From Gammaproteobacteria bacterium (GTDB taxonomy: Bacteria > Pseudomonadota > Gammaproteobacteria > CAMYNG01), in the NCBI GenBank assembly GCA_011051615.1, contig DRKU01000109.1, positions 13,324 to 77,323 on the forward strand: DNA of 64,000 nucleotides. Direction: 5' to 3'. A program made the position numbers and the translations under genes. This document shows positions 40,596-49,397 of the stretch, in pieces. The notes beneath the pieces are model-generated. The model made no database searches. It had not been told where the DNA came from and worked only from the letters and a program-made list of their open reading frames with translations. How positions within the stretch are numbered: the first letter of the stretch is position 1; every line of letters begins with the position of its first letter.

Positions 40596-40981
40596 GAATT
40601 TCCCTCTGGTTCACATGTGATTGGCCTGGCACCCTGCCCGCTGACCGTCGACCGGGTGCATTGGGAGATTTGGACAGAATCCAGACGCCGTGGTTCCCCT
40701 GTCGAGCAAGGATTTCCCGGCCATGAATTTTCCACCTTTTCCACGGCCCGCATCGTTGCGGGCCTGCATATTCTGTGACAGAGTACGCGGGCTGCCCTCG
40801 GGTACGCATCCGGCCGGACGACAGGGACACCGGCCCGTAGCAGACGGGAAAGCTGGCCTGTCCGGAACTCAGAAGCAGAATCGTATCTTCCCTGCCACGC
40901 GCTAATCGGCCGCGTGGTGGAAGGACTTTATCGTAATCGGGAAACGGCGTTTGGAAAAACGCGGCGAGCGTTGGGAAAGCT

Positions 40982-41605
40982 ATGCGGGAAAAAGTTGCGG
41001 ATGCCACCCTGGCACAGAAGAGCACAGCCACCGGCGAGGAACGCTCCTTCGAGATCTATAACAAGAAATTCCTGCGCATTCACAGCCGGAATATGCGCAA
41101 CGAGATCTGCTACGACATCAATCTGGCCATGATGGAGCCCTGGCCCATCCGCCACCGCAAGATCTCCTGGCGCTGGCTGAGTCTTGTCATCGTCATGCTC
41201 GTACTCAGCACCGCGCTCGGCATCTACATGTCTCTCAATGCCGATAACCTCAACTATGGTTTCTGGATCCCGCTGCTCGCCGGCGCGATCTTCTTTACCC
41301 TCGGCGCCATCATCCTGTTCATCATCAAGTCACCCAACGTGATGGAATTTCGCAGCCGTTACGGTGGCTGTGTACTGATCAGCATGTTCTACCGCAAACC
41401 CAACAACCGGGATTTCAATGAATTCGTGGAACAGCTGAAGAACCGTATTCTCGGCGCCACCCAGCAGTTGACCATCGACAAGTCACAGATGCTCGCCATC
41501 GAGCTCAAGGAACTGCGCCGTCTGACCAGTGAAGGAGCGATCAGTGACGCCGACTACGCGCGCGCCAAGGATCGCATCTTCCGACTGCACAGCGCCTCGG
41601 GATAA
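40982..41605 (+). CDS. Hypothetical membrane protein with a C-terminal SHOCT-like motif
   Basis: 207 aa. A cytoplasmic N-terminus, two TM helices (WRWLSLVIVMLVLSTALGIYM; FWIPLLAGAIFFTLGAIILFII), a soluble region, and a C-terminal ELKELRRLTSEGAISDADYARAKDRIF that resembles the SHOCT short C-terminal domain. Confidence 0.5.
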   Translation: MREKVADATLAQKSTATGEERSFEIYNKKFLRIHSRNMRNEICYDINLAMMEPWPIRHRKISWRWLSLVIVMLVLSTALGIYMSLNADNLNYGFWIPLLAGAIFFTLGAIILFIIKSPNVMEFRSRYGGCVLISMFYRKPNNRDFNEFVEQLKNRILGATQQLTIDKSQMLAIELKELRRLTSEGAISDADYARAKDRIFRLHSASG

Positions 41606-41610
41606 GCAAA

Positions 41611-41636
41611 GGGCCGAGGAACACGGTCCTCGGCCC
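41611..41636. terminator. Hairpin terminator between the convergent SHOCT-like gene and clpB
   Basis: GGGCCGAGGA-ACACGG-TCCTCGGCCC forms a 10-bp GC-rich stem. On the minus strand it is followed by TTTGCTTAT (clpB side), and on the plus strand by TCGTTGC. Confidence 0.65.
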
Positions 41637-41665
41637 TCGTTGCTCGTCCCCCCTTACGGGTCTGG

Positions 41666-44266
41666 TCAGGCTGCCGCAGCGCTGCGCGGTGACTTGCTGA
41701 AGACGAAATGCCCGTCTTCGAACTTCACCTCGATGACATCACCCGGCCCAAAACGCCCGGCAAGAATATCCTGCGCCAGCGGGTTCTCGATCTGGTGCTG
41801 GATGGCACGCTTGAGCGGCCGTGCCCCATAGACCGGATCGAAGCCAGCTTCGCCCAGCTTGTCGAGGGCTTCCTCGGCAAACTCGATATCCATCTGGTGA
41901 TCGCGCAGACGTTTGCGCAGGTAATCCAGCTGGATGGAGGCGATTGCCCGGATCTGCTCTTTCGCCAGCGGGTGGAAGACCACCACTTCATCGATGCGGT
42001 TGATGAACTCGGGACGGAAGTGGGAGGCCACCGTATCCATCACGGCCTTCTTCATGGCCTCGTAGTTCTCCTCGCCACTGAGTTCCTGGATCTGTTGTGA
42101 GCCCAGGTTGGAGGTCATGACGATGACACAGTTGCGGAAGTCTACCGTGCGGCCCTGGCCGTCGGTAAGGCGCCCGTCGTCGAGCACCTGCAACAGCACG
42201 TTGAAGACATCCGGATGGGCCTTTTCCACTTCGTCGAGCAGGATGACCGAGTAAGGCTTGCGGCGTACCGCTTCGGTGAGATAACCACCCTCCTCGTAAC
42301 CCACGTATCCCGGCGGTGCTCCAATGAGACGCGCCACGGAGTGCTTCTCCATGAACTCGGACATGTCGATGCGCACCATGGCCTGCTCGGTATCGAAGAG
42401 AAACTCCGCCAGTGCCTTGGTCAGTTCCGTCTTGCCCACACCGGTGGGGCCGAGGAACAGGAATGAACCATTGGGACGGTTGGGATCGGCCAGCCCGGCG
42501 CGTGAACGACGAATGGCATCGGCCACCGCGCGCACGGCCTCGTCCTGCCCGACGACGCGGGAATGCAGGGCCTCCTCCATGCGCAGCAGTTTCTCACGCT
42601 CACCTTCGAGCATCTTGGAGACCGGGATGCCGGTCCACTTGGAGACCACTTCGGCGATCTCTTCCTCGGTGACCGAGGTGCGCAACAGCGTCGTGTCGTG
42701 CATCTCGGCCTGGGCCGCCATGTCGAGCTGCTTCTCCAGTTCCGGAATACGGCCATACTGTAGCTCCGACATGCGCGCCAGGTCGCCGGCACGGCGTGCG
42801 GTCTCCAGTTCCATGCGGGCGCGTTCCAGTTCTTCCTTGATGTGCTGCGTGCCCTGCACGGCGGCCTTTTCCGACTTCCAGATCTCTTCCAGCTCGCTGT
42901 ACTCGCGCTCCAGCTTCTCGATCTCGCCCTGAAGTTTCTCAAGACGCTTCCGGGAGGCCTCGTCGCTCTCCTTCTTCAATGCCTCGCGTTCGATCTTGAG
43001 CTGGATGAGTTTGCGATCAAGCTTGTCCATGGCCTCCGGCTTGGAATCGATTTCCATGCGGATGCGCGAGGCGGCCTCATCGATAAGATCGATGGCCTTG
43101 TCCGGCAGTTGCCGATCCGTGATATAGCGATGCGACAGCGTTGCCGCGGCGACGATGGCCGGGTCGGTGATATCGACGCCGTGATGGATCTCGTATTTCT
43201 CCTTCAGGCCACGCAGGATGGCAATGGTGTCTTCGACGCTGGGTTCATCCACCAGCACCTTCTGGAAACGGCGCTCAAGGGCCGCATCCTTTTCGATATA
43301 TTTACGGTACTCGTCCAGCGTGGTGGCACCGATACAGTGCAGTTCACCGCGTGCCAGTGCCGGCTTGAGCATGTTGCCGGCGTCCATGGAACCCTCGGCC
43401 TTACCGGCGCCGACCATGGTATGAATTTCGTCGATAAAGAGGATGATCTGACCTTCCTGCTTGCCAAGATCATTGAGAACGGCCTTGAGGCGTTCTTCGA
43501 ACTCACCACGGAACTTGGCGCCTGCCAGCAGCGCGCCCATGTCCAGTGACAGCACGCGCTTGCCCTTGAGGCCTTCGGGGACTTCGCCATTGACGATACG
43601 CTGCGCGAGCCCTTCGACGATGGCGGTCTTGCCCACGCCGGGTTCACCGATGAGGACGGGGTTGTTCTTGGTGCGCCGCTGCAGGACCTGGATGGCGCGT
43701 CGGATCTCGTCGTCACGACCGATCACCGGATCGAGCTTGCCCTGCTCAGCACGCTCGGTGAGATCGATGGTGTATTTTTCCAGCGCCTGGCGCTGTTCCT
43801 CGGCATTGGGATCGTCGATCTGCTGGCCACCGCGCATGTCGTCGATAGCCTTTTCCAGCGCGGCACCAGTAGCGCCGGCGTTGCGCAGCAATTCGCCAAG
43901 CTGGGACTTTTTGTCTTCCACCGCAGCGAGCACGAACAGTTCACTGGAGATGTACTGGTCCTTGCGCTGCTGGGCCAGCTTGTCGGTGAGGTTCAGCAGG
44001 CGCGAGAGATCGTTGGACAGGTGCACTTCACCACTGGCACCTTCCACGCTGGGCAGCTTGTCGAGGGCCTCTCCCAGATGCGAGCGCAGAGCATTGACGT
44101 TGACTCCGGCGGAGGTCAGCAGGTGACGTGCCGTGCCACCCTCCTGGTCCAGCATGGCCACCATCAGGTGCACCGGTTCGATAAACTGGTGATCGCGGCC
44201 CACGGCAAGGCTTTGCGCGTCGGCAATGGCAAGCTGGAACTTGCTGGTCAGTTTGTCCATTCGCAT
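41666..44266 (-). CDS. clpB: ATP-dependent chaperone/disaggregase ClpB
   Basis: 866 aa. [21 protein letters not shown]..., two AAA+ modules ([15 protein letters not shown]; [18 protein letters not shown]) separated by a long coiled-coil middle domain. Confidence 0.95.
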   Translation of the reverse strand: MRMDKLTSKFQLAIADAQSLAVGRDHQFIEPVHLMVAMLDQEGGTARHLLTSAGVNVNALRSHLGEALDKLPSVEGASGEVHLSNDLSRLLNLTDKLAQQRKDQYISSELFVLAAVEDKKSQLGELLRNAGATGAALEKAIDDMRGGQQIDDPNAEEQRQALEKYTIDLTERAEQGKLDPVIGRDDEIRRAIQVLQRRTKNNPVLIGEPGVGKTAIVEGLAQRIVNGEVPEGLKGKRVLSLDMGALLAGAKFRGEFEERLKAVLNDLGKQEGQIILFIDEIHTMVGAGKAEGSMDAGNMLKPALARGELHCIGATTLDEYRKYIEKDAALERRFQKVLVDEPSVEDTIAILRGLKEKYEIHHGVDITDPAIVAAATLSHRYITDRQLPDKAIDLIDEAASRIRMEIDSKPEAMDKLDRKLIQLKIEREALKKESDEASRKRLEKLQGEIEKLEREYSELEEIWKSEKAAVQGTQHIKEELERARMELETARRAGDLARMSELQYGRIPELEKQLDMAAQAEMHDTTLLRTSVTEEEIAEVVSKWTGIPVSKMLEGEREKLLRMEEALHSRVVGQDEAVRAVADAIRRSRAGLADPNRPNGSFLFLGPTGVGKTELTKALAEFLFDTEQAMVRIDMSEFMEKHSVARLIGAPPGYVGYEEGGYLTEAVRRKPYSVILLDEVEKAHPDVFNVLLQVLDDGRLTDGQGRTVDFRNCVIVMTSNLGSQQIQELSGEENYEAMKKAVMDTVASHFRPEFINRIDEVVVFHPLAKEQIRAIASIQLDYLRKRLRDHQMDIEFAEEALDKLGEAGFDPVYGARPLKRAIQHQIENPLAQDILAGRFGPGDVIEVKFEDGHFVFSKSPRSAAAA

Positions 44267-44314
44267 CAGGGACTCCCCCGTTCTGTGTTACGGATAAATT
44301 CGTCTTGTTACAGG

Positions 44315-44345
44315 ACTATAGGGGCAGGTGATGGGTATTCAAGGG
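44315..44345 (-). promoter_or_regulatory. Sigma-32 (heat-shock) type promoter of clpB
   Basis: The minus strand reads GGCCCTTGAA-TACCCATCACCTG-CCCCTATAGT. The -35 CCCTTGAA and the -10 CCCCTATAG are separated by 13 nt, close to the E. coli sigma-32 consensus (CCCTTGAA-N13-15-CCCCATNTA). It lies ~45 nt upstream of the clpB ATG. Confidence 0.7.
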
Positions 44346-44358
44346 CCGGGGTGAATTT

Positions 44359-45861
44359 TCAGCCCTGCTGCTCCGTGCGCAGGGGCGTGGCAGAGCGGGG
44401 ATAGGGTTTGAGGACATCGAGTGGCTGACTGATGCCGGCGGTCTGCACGATGCGCACGTGTTCGCGGCGAAACCCGCGTGCGTGACACAGGCCGCAGGCA
44501 TGGGCGAGCACATTGATCTCGTGATTGACCCAGTGTGCGTAGCTGGCCACGCGCCGGGCCTTGTCCCTGATCACCAGGCCGCGTTGCAGGCGCGGATTAT
44601 GGGTGGTGATGCCGGTGGGACAGGTGTCCTTGTGACATTGCAGGGACTGGATGCAACCGAGGGCAAACATGAAACCACGCGCCGAGACGACGAAATCGGC
44701 ACCCGCGCACAGCGCCCAGGCCGCACGCGCCGAGGTGGTCAGCTTGCCCGAGGCGACGATACGAATGCGGTCGCGCAGTCCCGCGGCCATGAGCACATCC
44801 GCGGCCATGGGCAGGGATTCGGTGAGTGGCATGCCGACGTGGTCGGAGAGCAGTTGCGGGGCCGCGCCGGTACCGCCCTCGCCACCATCGATGGTGATGA
44901 AATCGGGCGCCGCATCGCGGCTGCGACGCAGGATGGCCTCGCAGAGGTCGTCGAGAAACACACTCGATCCCATCACCGCCTTGAAACCCACCGGGCGGCC
45001 GGTGACCTGGCGTACGTGATCGATCATGTCGAGCAGATCGTCGGTGCTGCGGATCTCGCGGTGCCGATTAGGGCTACTGGAAACCTTGTGTACCGGGATA
45101 CCGCGAATGGCGGCGATCTCCGGCGTGACCTTGGCCGCCGGCAACACACCGCCGCGTCCCGGCTTGGCACCCTGCGAGAGCTTGATCTCGAACGCCTGCA
45201 CGCGCTCGGCCACCTCACGCAGCTTGCTGTCGGAGAGCCTGCCGTCGAGATCACGCACACCATACTTGGCGGTGCCGATCTGGAAAACGATGTCCCCGCC
45301 GCCCTCTTCGTGCCAGGGGCTGAGGCCCCCCTCGCCGGTATTGATCCAGATACCAGCCTCGGCCGCGCCGCGCGACAGGGCGCGCACTGCGGGCGCCGAC
45401 AGGGCGCCGTAACTCATACCGGAGATATTGAAGATGGAACGCGCCACGTAGGGGCGATCACAGCCGGGACCGATGATCAGGGGAGGCGCGGGCACGCATT
45501 CGTCTTCCAGCAACGGATAGGGGGAATTGACGAAGATCAGCGAGCCCGGTTCGCGCAGGTCATTGGTGGAACCGAAACCGATGAGCCCGCCCAGCCCCTT
45601 GGCGGTGCGGTATACCCAGGCACGACTGGCGCGGTTGAAGGGCTGTTCCTGGCGGTCGCCGGCAAAGAAGTACTGGCGAAAGAACTCACCCTGGCGCTCG
45701 AACAGGTAGCGCAGGCGGCCGATGACCGGATAGTTGCGGCGGATGGTATGCGTGGTCTGCAACTTGTCGTGCAGGTACATGAACAGGATGGCCAGCACAC
45801 CCAGCCCCAGCAGGCCGGCGAAGATCAGGATCACCCAACTGGCGAGGATATCCGTGTTCAT
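44359..45861 (-). CDS. FMN-binding glutamate synthase family protein (GltB domain-2-like, membrane anchored)
   Basis: 500 aa. An N-terminal TM helix (ILASWVILIFAGLLGLGVLAILFMYL), then glutamate-synthase central-domain blocks (ISGMSYGALS, KLSQGAKPGRGGVLP, ITIDGGEGGTGAAP). Confidence 0.85.
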   Translation of the reverse strand: MNTDILASWVILIFAGLLGLGVLAILFMYLHDKLQTTHTIRRNYPVIGRLRYLFERQGEFFRQYFFAGDRQEQPFNRASRAWVYRTAKGLGGLIGFGSTNDLREPGSLIFVNSPYPLLEDECVPAPPLIIGPGCDRPYVARSIFNISGMSYGALSAPAVRALSRGAAEAGIWINTGEGGLSPWHEEGGGDIVFQIGTAKYGVRDLDGRLSDSKLREVAERVQAFEIKLSQGAKPGRGGVLPAAKVTPEIAAIRGIPVHKVSSSPNRHREIRSTDDLLDMIDHVRQVTGRPVGFKAVMGSSVFLDDLCEAILRRSRDAAPDFITIDGGEGGTGAAPQLLSDHVGMPLTESLPMAADVLMAAGLRDRIRIVASGKLTTSARAAWALCAGADFVVSARGFMFALGCIQSLQCHKDTCPTGITTHNPRLQRGLVIRDKARRVASYAHWVNHEINVLAHACGLCHARGFRREHVRIVQTAGISQPLDVLKPYPRSATPLRTEQQG

Positions 45862-45926
45862 GTCATGGTTCCCTGAAATCCCTTGTCTTTCCTTACTTTA
45901 ACTGTCGGCATCTCAGGCACCCGGGT

Positions 45927-46646
45927 TTAGCTCTTTCGGTTGAGCCGTTGCGCGAGTTGCGCCAGGCAGTCGGCCTCCTCCAGCGCATGACAGTCCAGCG
46001 GCGGAAACCCTCGCACCCGGGTGCGCCCCGGCAACACCAGGGCGCGCAACAGGTGGCCCGCACCGCGCATGCCGCTCAGCTGCGCGGCATAGATGGGCGC
46101 GCCGGAAAGCTTCGCCAGGCGCGCCACACCACGTTTGAGCCGTGCCGGCGGCTGCCCGGGCGGATGGATGCCGCCCTCCGGAAACAGGGCGACGACCTCG
46201 CCCGCGGCCAGTGCTGCCAGCGCGGCGCGCAGGGCCTCGCGTGGATTGCCGTCACGGTCCACGGGGATGCCACCCACGGCCCGAAACAGCTGGCGCACGA
46301 GGGGGCGCTCGTACTGCTCGCGGGCAATGAGAAAACGCAGCGGGCGATCGCAGGCGGCGATGAGCAGAAAGGGATCCAGCCCGGTGAGGTGATTGGCCAC
46401 CACCAGCGCCGCGCCCCGGGGTGGCAGATCCAGCGGCGTGGTCACACGCAGGCGCTGAAAATAACGGCAGTAGAGGCGCAACCAGCCATCGAGAATATTG
46501 ATCAGGCCATGCCCCCAGTCGGCGCGATGCGCACGCCAGCCCACCAGCGCGGCGGCAGCGAGCGCCACCAGGATCCCCCCTGCCACGGTGAGCAGCGTTG
46601 GTACCTGCCCGTTCATATACTGTCCCTGTCCGCAACAGGGTGGCAC
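45927..46646 (-). CDS. Lysophospholipid (1-acyl-sn-glycerol-3-phosphate-type) acyltransferase family protein
   Basis: PlsC-family HxxxxD motif (VVANHLTGLDPF) and the downstream FPEGG block (ALFPEGGIHP). The start is ambiguous: 46646 (abutting the upstream stop) or the ATG at 46616. Confidence 0.75.
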   Translation of the reverse strand: MPPCCGQGQYMNGQVPTLLTVAGGILVALAAAALVGWRAHRADWGHGLINILDGWLRLYCRYFQRLRVTTPLDLPPRGAALVVANHLTGLDPFLLIAACDRPLRFLIAREQYERPLVRQLFRAVGGIPVDRDGNPREALRAALAALAAGEVVALFPEGGIHPPGQPPARLKRGVARLAKLSGAPIYAAQLSGMRGAGHLLRALVLPGRTRVRGFPPLDCHALEEADCLAQLAQRLNRKS

Positions 46647-47441
46647 TCAATGCAGGGTCGCATGGGCCAGGTAGATGAGCACGACGCCGGCGAGAATGAA
46701 GGCCAGTTGCTGCACCGTGACCTGCCACTCCAGGCGCTTGTGCAGGCCCGGGATGAGATCGGCCACGGCGATGTAGATGAAGCTGGACGCGGCCACGGCA
46801 AGGATATAGGGCACGGCCGCCTCCAGGCCGCTGAGTCCCCACCAGGCGGCCAGTGCGCCCACCAGGGTGGTAATGCTGGTCAGCACGTTGAAGACGAAGG
46901 CCCGCGTACGGCTGAAACCGCTGTGCAACAGGATGGCGAAGTCCCCCACCTCCTGCGGGATCTCGTGGGCGGCCACTGCCAGGGCGGTGACGATGCCAAG
47001 GTGGGTGTCGGTGAGAAAGGCCGCCGCGATGAGTACGCCATCGACCAGGTTATGAATGGCATCGCCCACCAGCACCAGCGTACCGGCGGCATGGTTGTGC
47101 CCCGGATCCGGCATGTGGGCCTCGCACTCGTTGGCATGGCAGTGACGCCACAGCACCAGCTTCTCGAGGATGAAGAAGCCCAGCAGACCGAGCAGGATGC
47201 TCAGGCCGAGATCATGCACGTCCACGCCAGGTGCGGCGAGGGCGTGGGGCAGCAGGGCGAGGAAGGCCGCGCCCAGCAGCGCGCCGATGGCAAAACTGAC
47301 GAAGTGGGGCAGCAGGCGATCACGCCAGCCAGCGGGCAGGAACAGGAATGCCGCCGCTGCGAGGACACTCAACACCCCGCCGAGCAGGCTGAAGATCACC
47401 ACATATGTCAGCGTACTGATAAACACCCCCTCCGCGAACAC
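46647..47441 (-). CDS. ZIP family metal cation transporter (ZupT/GufA-like)
   Basis: 264 aa, polytopic. Signature blocks AIHNLVDGVLIAAAF and HEIPQEVGDFAILL. The start appears to be a GTG at 47441, so it is uncertain. Confidence 0.82.
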   Translation of the reverse strand: MFAEGVFISTLTYVVIFSLLGGVLSVLAAAAFLFLPAGWRDRLLPHFVSFAIGALLGAAFLALLPHALAAPGVDVHDLGLSILLGLLGFFILEKLVLWRHCHANECEAHMPDPGHNHAAGTLVLVGDAIHNLVDGVLIAAAFLTDTHLGIVTALAVAAHEIPQEVGDFAILLHSGFSRTRAFVFNVLTSITTLVGALAAWWGLSGLEAAVPYILAVAASSFIYIAVADLIPGLHKRLEWQVTVQQLAFILAGVVLIYLAHATLH

Positions 47442-47547
47442 GCCGCCATGACACTGTCCGCACCTGTCGATTCCGTTGCCGGCGCCCGTGGCGCGGGTTC
47501 GGGCGCATCATACCCCATCGGCCGCGAGAGACCAGCCGCGTTTCGGC

Positions 47548-48303
47548 TCACGCCACTCGCCAGATGAGGCTCGCCATGCGTCCGGTGGTGCCATCGCGGC
47601 GATAGGAAAAGAAGCGCTCGCCCTCGTGCCAGGTACACGCCCCGCCGCCATGGATGGCAGTCACCCCCGCACGCGCCAGCCGCGCGCGTGCCAGTGCGTA
47701 GAGATCCGCCAGCCAGCGCTCACCGTGCGACGCGCTCACGGGTCGGAAAGCCGCCATCTCGGGCGCCCTGTCCTGCCCGGCGGCGGCGAGAAAGGCCGCG
47801 CGTACCTCGTCACCCACCTCGAAGGCCGCCGGGCCGATGGCCGGCCCCAGCCAGGCGAGGATCTCCCCCGGCTCACAGTTCATGGCGGCGACCGTCTCTT
47901 CCAGCACGCCCGCCACCAGCCCCCGCCAGCCCGCGTGGGCGGCCGCCACGCACTGGCCGCGGCGGTCACAGAACAGCACCGGCAGGCAGTCGGCGGTCAT
48001 CACCGCACACACCTCACCGGCATGCCGGCTCACGGCCGCGTCTGCCGCGCCGGCCCGCGCGCCGTCCACTGCCACCGCGGTGCCGTGCACCTGTTCCAGC
48101 CAGCGCGGCTCCGCCGGCAGGTCCAGCGCCCGGGCCAGGTGCTGGCGGTTACGCAGCACGGCAGCGGGATCGTCGCCCACGTGCAGGGCCAGATTGAGGC
48201 TGTCCCACGGCGCCCGGCTGTAGCCTCCCGCGCGGGTGGTGCTCACCGCGCGCACCGTCGCGGGTGCGGGCCAGTCGGGAACGATCCACCCGGGTTCAGG
48301 CAT
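47548..48303 (-). CDS. pgeF: Peptidoglycan editing factor PgeF (YfiH, laccase-domain protein)
   Basis: From the ATG at 48303: MPEPGWIVPDWPAPATVRAVSTTRAGGYSRAPWDSLNLALHVGDD..., then ADCLPVLFCD and AHAGWRG. It begins 2 nt after the rluD stop, matching the rluD-yfiH synteny. The track start at 48447 was rejected. Confidence 0.88.
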   Translation of the reverse strand: MPEPGWIVPDWPAPATVRAVSTTRAGGYSRAPWDSLNLALHVGDDPAAVLRNRQHLARALDLPAEPRWLEQVHGTAVAVDGARAGAADAAVSRHAGEVCAVMTADCLPVLFCDRRGQCVAAAHAGWRGLVAGVLEETVAAMNCEPGEILAWLGPAIGPAAFEVGDEVRAAFLAAAGQDRAPEMAAFRPVSASHGERWLADLYALARARLARAGVTAIHGGGACTWHEGERFFSYRRDGTTGRMASLIWRVA

Positions 48304-49315
48304 CGCGTGGTCCCGTGTCGTCCGCATCACCCGGCTGATCCCCCTCTGGCTGGCCCTCCGCCGGCAGACCCGCGTCCTGGCGCAGGGCGGCGATGAGCCC
48401 CGCCATGTCCGCCGGCAACGGGGCCGTCCAGGACAGCGGCTCACCACTCAGCGGGTGCTGGAGCCCCAGCCGGAAGGCATGCAGGGCCTGGCGGCGAAAG
48501 GCCTGCAGGACGGCGCGCAGAGCGTCACTGGCGCCGGGAGGCAGGCGCAGGCGGCCACCATAGACGGGATCGCCCACCAGCGGGTGATGGCGATGGGCCA
48601 GGTGGACGCGGATCTGGTGGGTACGGCCGGTCTCCAGGCGCACCGCCAGCAGGCTGTGGCCGCGGTAGCGCTCCAGCACACGGTAGTGGGTCACGGCGGG
48701 TTTGCCGTTGCGCACCACCGCCATGCGGGTGCGGTGCACCGGGTGGCGGCCGATGGGAGCCTCGATGGTGCCACCGGCGGTCAGCACGCCGCAGGCCACG
48801 GCACGATATTCCCGCTCGAAGGCGCGTGCCTGTAACTGGGCCACCAGGTGATGCTGTGCGCTGAGGGTGCGTGCCACCACCAGCAGGCCGCTGGTGTCCT
48901 TGTCGAGGCGATGTACGACCCCGGCACGCGGTACAGCCTCCAGTTCGGGGGCATGGTGTAACAGGGCGTTGACCAGGGTATCGCGCGGATTGCCCGCCGC
49001 CGGGTGCACCACCTGGCCGGCGGCCTTGTTGATGACGAGGATGGCCTCGTCCTCGTAGACGATATCCAGCGGAATGACCTGCGCTTCCCAGCGCAGACAG
49101 GCCTCGGCGACCGGTTCCAGTTCCACGGTATCGCCGGCGAGCACCTTGTCACGCGCGCGTCGCGGCGCCTCATTGACCCACACCCGGCCTTCGCGGATCC
49201 ACTGCTGCAGGCGCGCGCGCGAATAATCCGCGAACAGTTGCGCCAGCGCCTGATCGAGACGCTTGCCACCCAGTTCCGGCGGCACGGTGGCGGTCAGTCG
49301 GGTGGCATCGCTCAG
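48296..49315 (-). CDS. rluD: 23S rRNA pseudouridine(1911/1915/1917) synthase RluD (start probably a CTG at 49315)
   Basis: S4 domain (GKRLDQALAQLFADYSRARLQQWIREGRVWVNE) and a RluA-family catalytic block (HRLDKDTSGLLVVA). The track ORF extends to 49510. The only in-frame ATG (49399) would overlap the divergent bamD start. A CTG at 49313-49315 lies 7 nt after AGGAGG and aligns with the E. coli RluD N-terminus as I remember it. Confidence 0.85.
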   Translation of the reverse strand: MSDATRLTATVPPELGGKRLDQALAQLFADYSRARLQQWIREGRVWVNEAPRRARDKVLAGDTVELEPVAEACLRWEAQVIPLDIVYEDEAILVINKAAGQVVHPAAGNPRDTLVNALLHHAPELEAVPRAGVVHRLDKDTSGLLVVARTLSAQHHLVAQLQARAFEREYRAVACGVLTAGGTIEAPIGRHPVHRTRMAVVRNGKPAVTHYRVLERYRGHSLLAVRLETGRTHQIRVHLAHRHHPLVGDPVYGGRLRLPPGASDALRAVLQAFRRQALHAFRLGLQHPLSGEPLSWTAPLPADMAGLIAALRQDAGLPAEGQPEGDQPGDADDTGPRDA

Positions 49316-49397
49316 CGCAGGTCCTCCTCTGTCATACCCGTGTAATACCCGGTGCCAGGCGTTTATATGCCGGCTGCGCCAGAGTATACTGCATGCC

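Noticed and set aside
40627-40642. TGGCAC-N5-CCGC (sigma-54 -24-like element) in the msrP/SHOCT spacer. A similar TGGCAC occurs at 7413-7418, and TGGCTG-N5-TTCT upstream of glnB (~51553-51568, minus strand).
   Set aside because: In each case the near-invariant -12 GC (TTGC) is missing or mis-spaced. The 7413 instance also lies inside the cyclase start region.
40384-41031. 215-aa minus-strand ORF, and the 71/72-aa plus-strand ORFs, inside the msrP upstream spacer
   Set aside because: The products are Arg/Gly/Pro-rich with no start context or motif. The 215-aa ORF also overlaps the msrP 5' end out of frame. I treated the region as non-coding (see the finding).
45948-47567. 539-aa plus-strand ORF spanning three minus-strand genes
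   Set aside because: It runs antisense through the acyltransferase and ZIP genes and on into the start of the pgeF gene, all of which have recognisable motifs on the minus strand. The product is Gly/Arg/Gln/His-rich.
47476-48396. 306-aa and 169-aa Pro/Arg-rich plus-strand ORFs over pgeF
   Set aside because: The extreme Pro/Arg/Ala composition (…PRPRVPRHPPRRPPGRWPAPARRGSPPAHSS…) is the signature of an out-of-frame or antisense reading of GC-rich coding DNA. The PgeF motifs are on the other strand.
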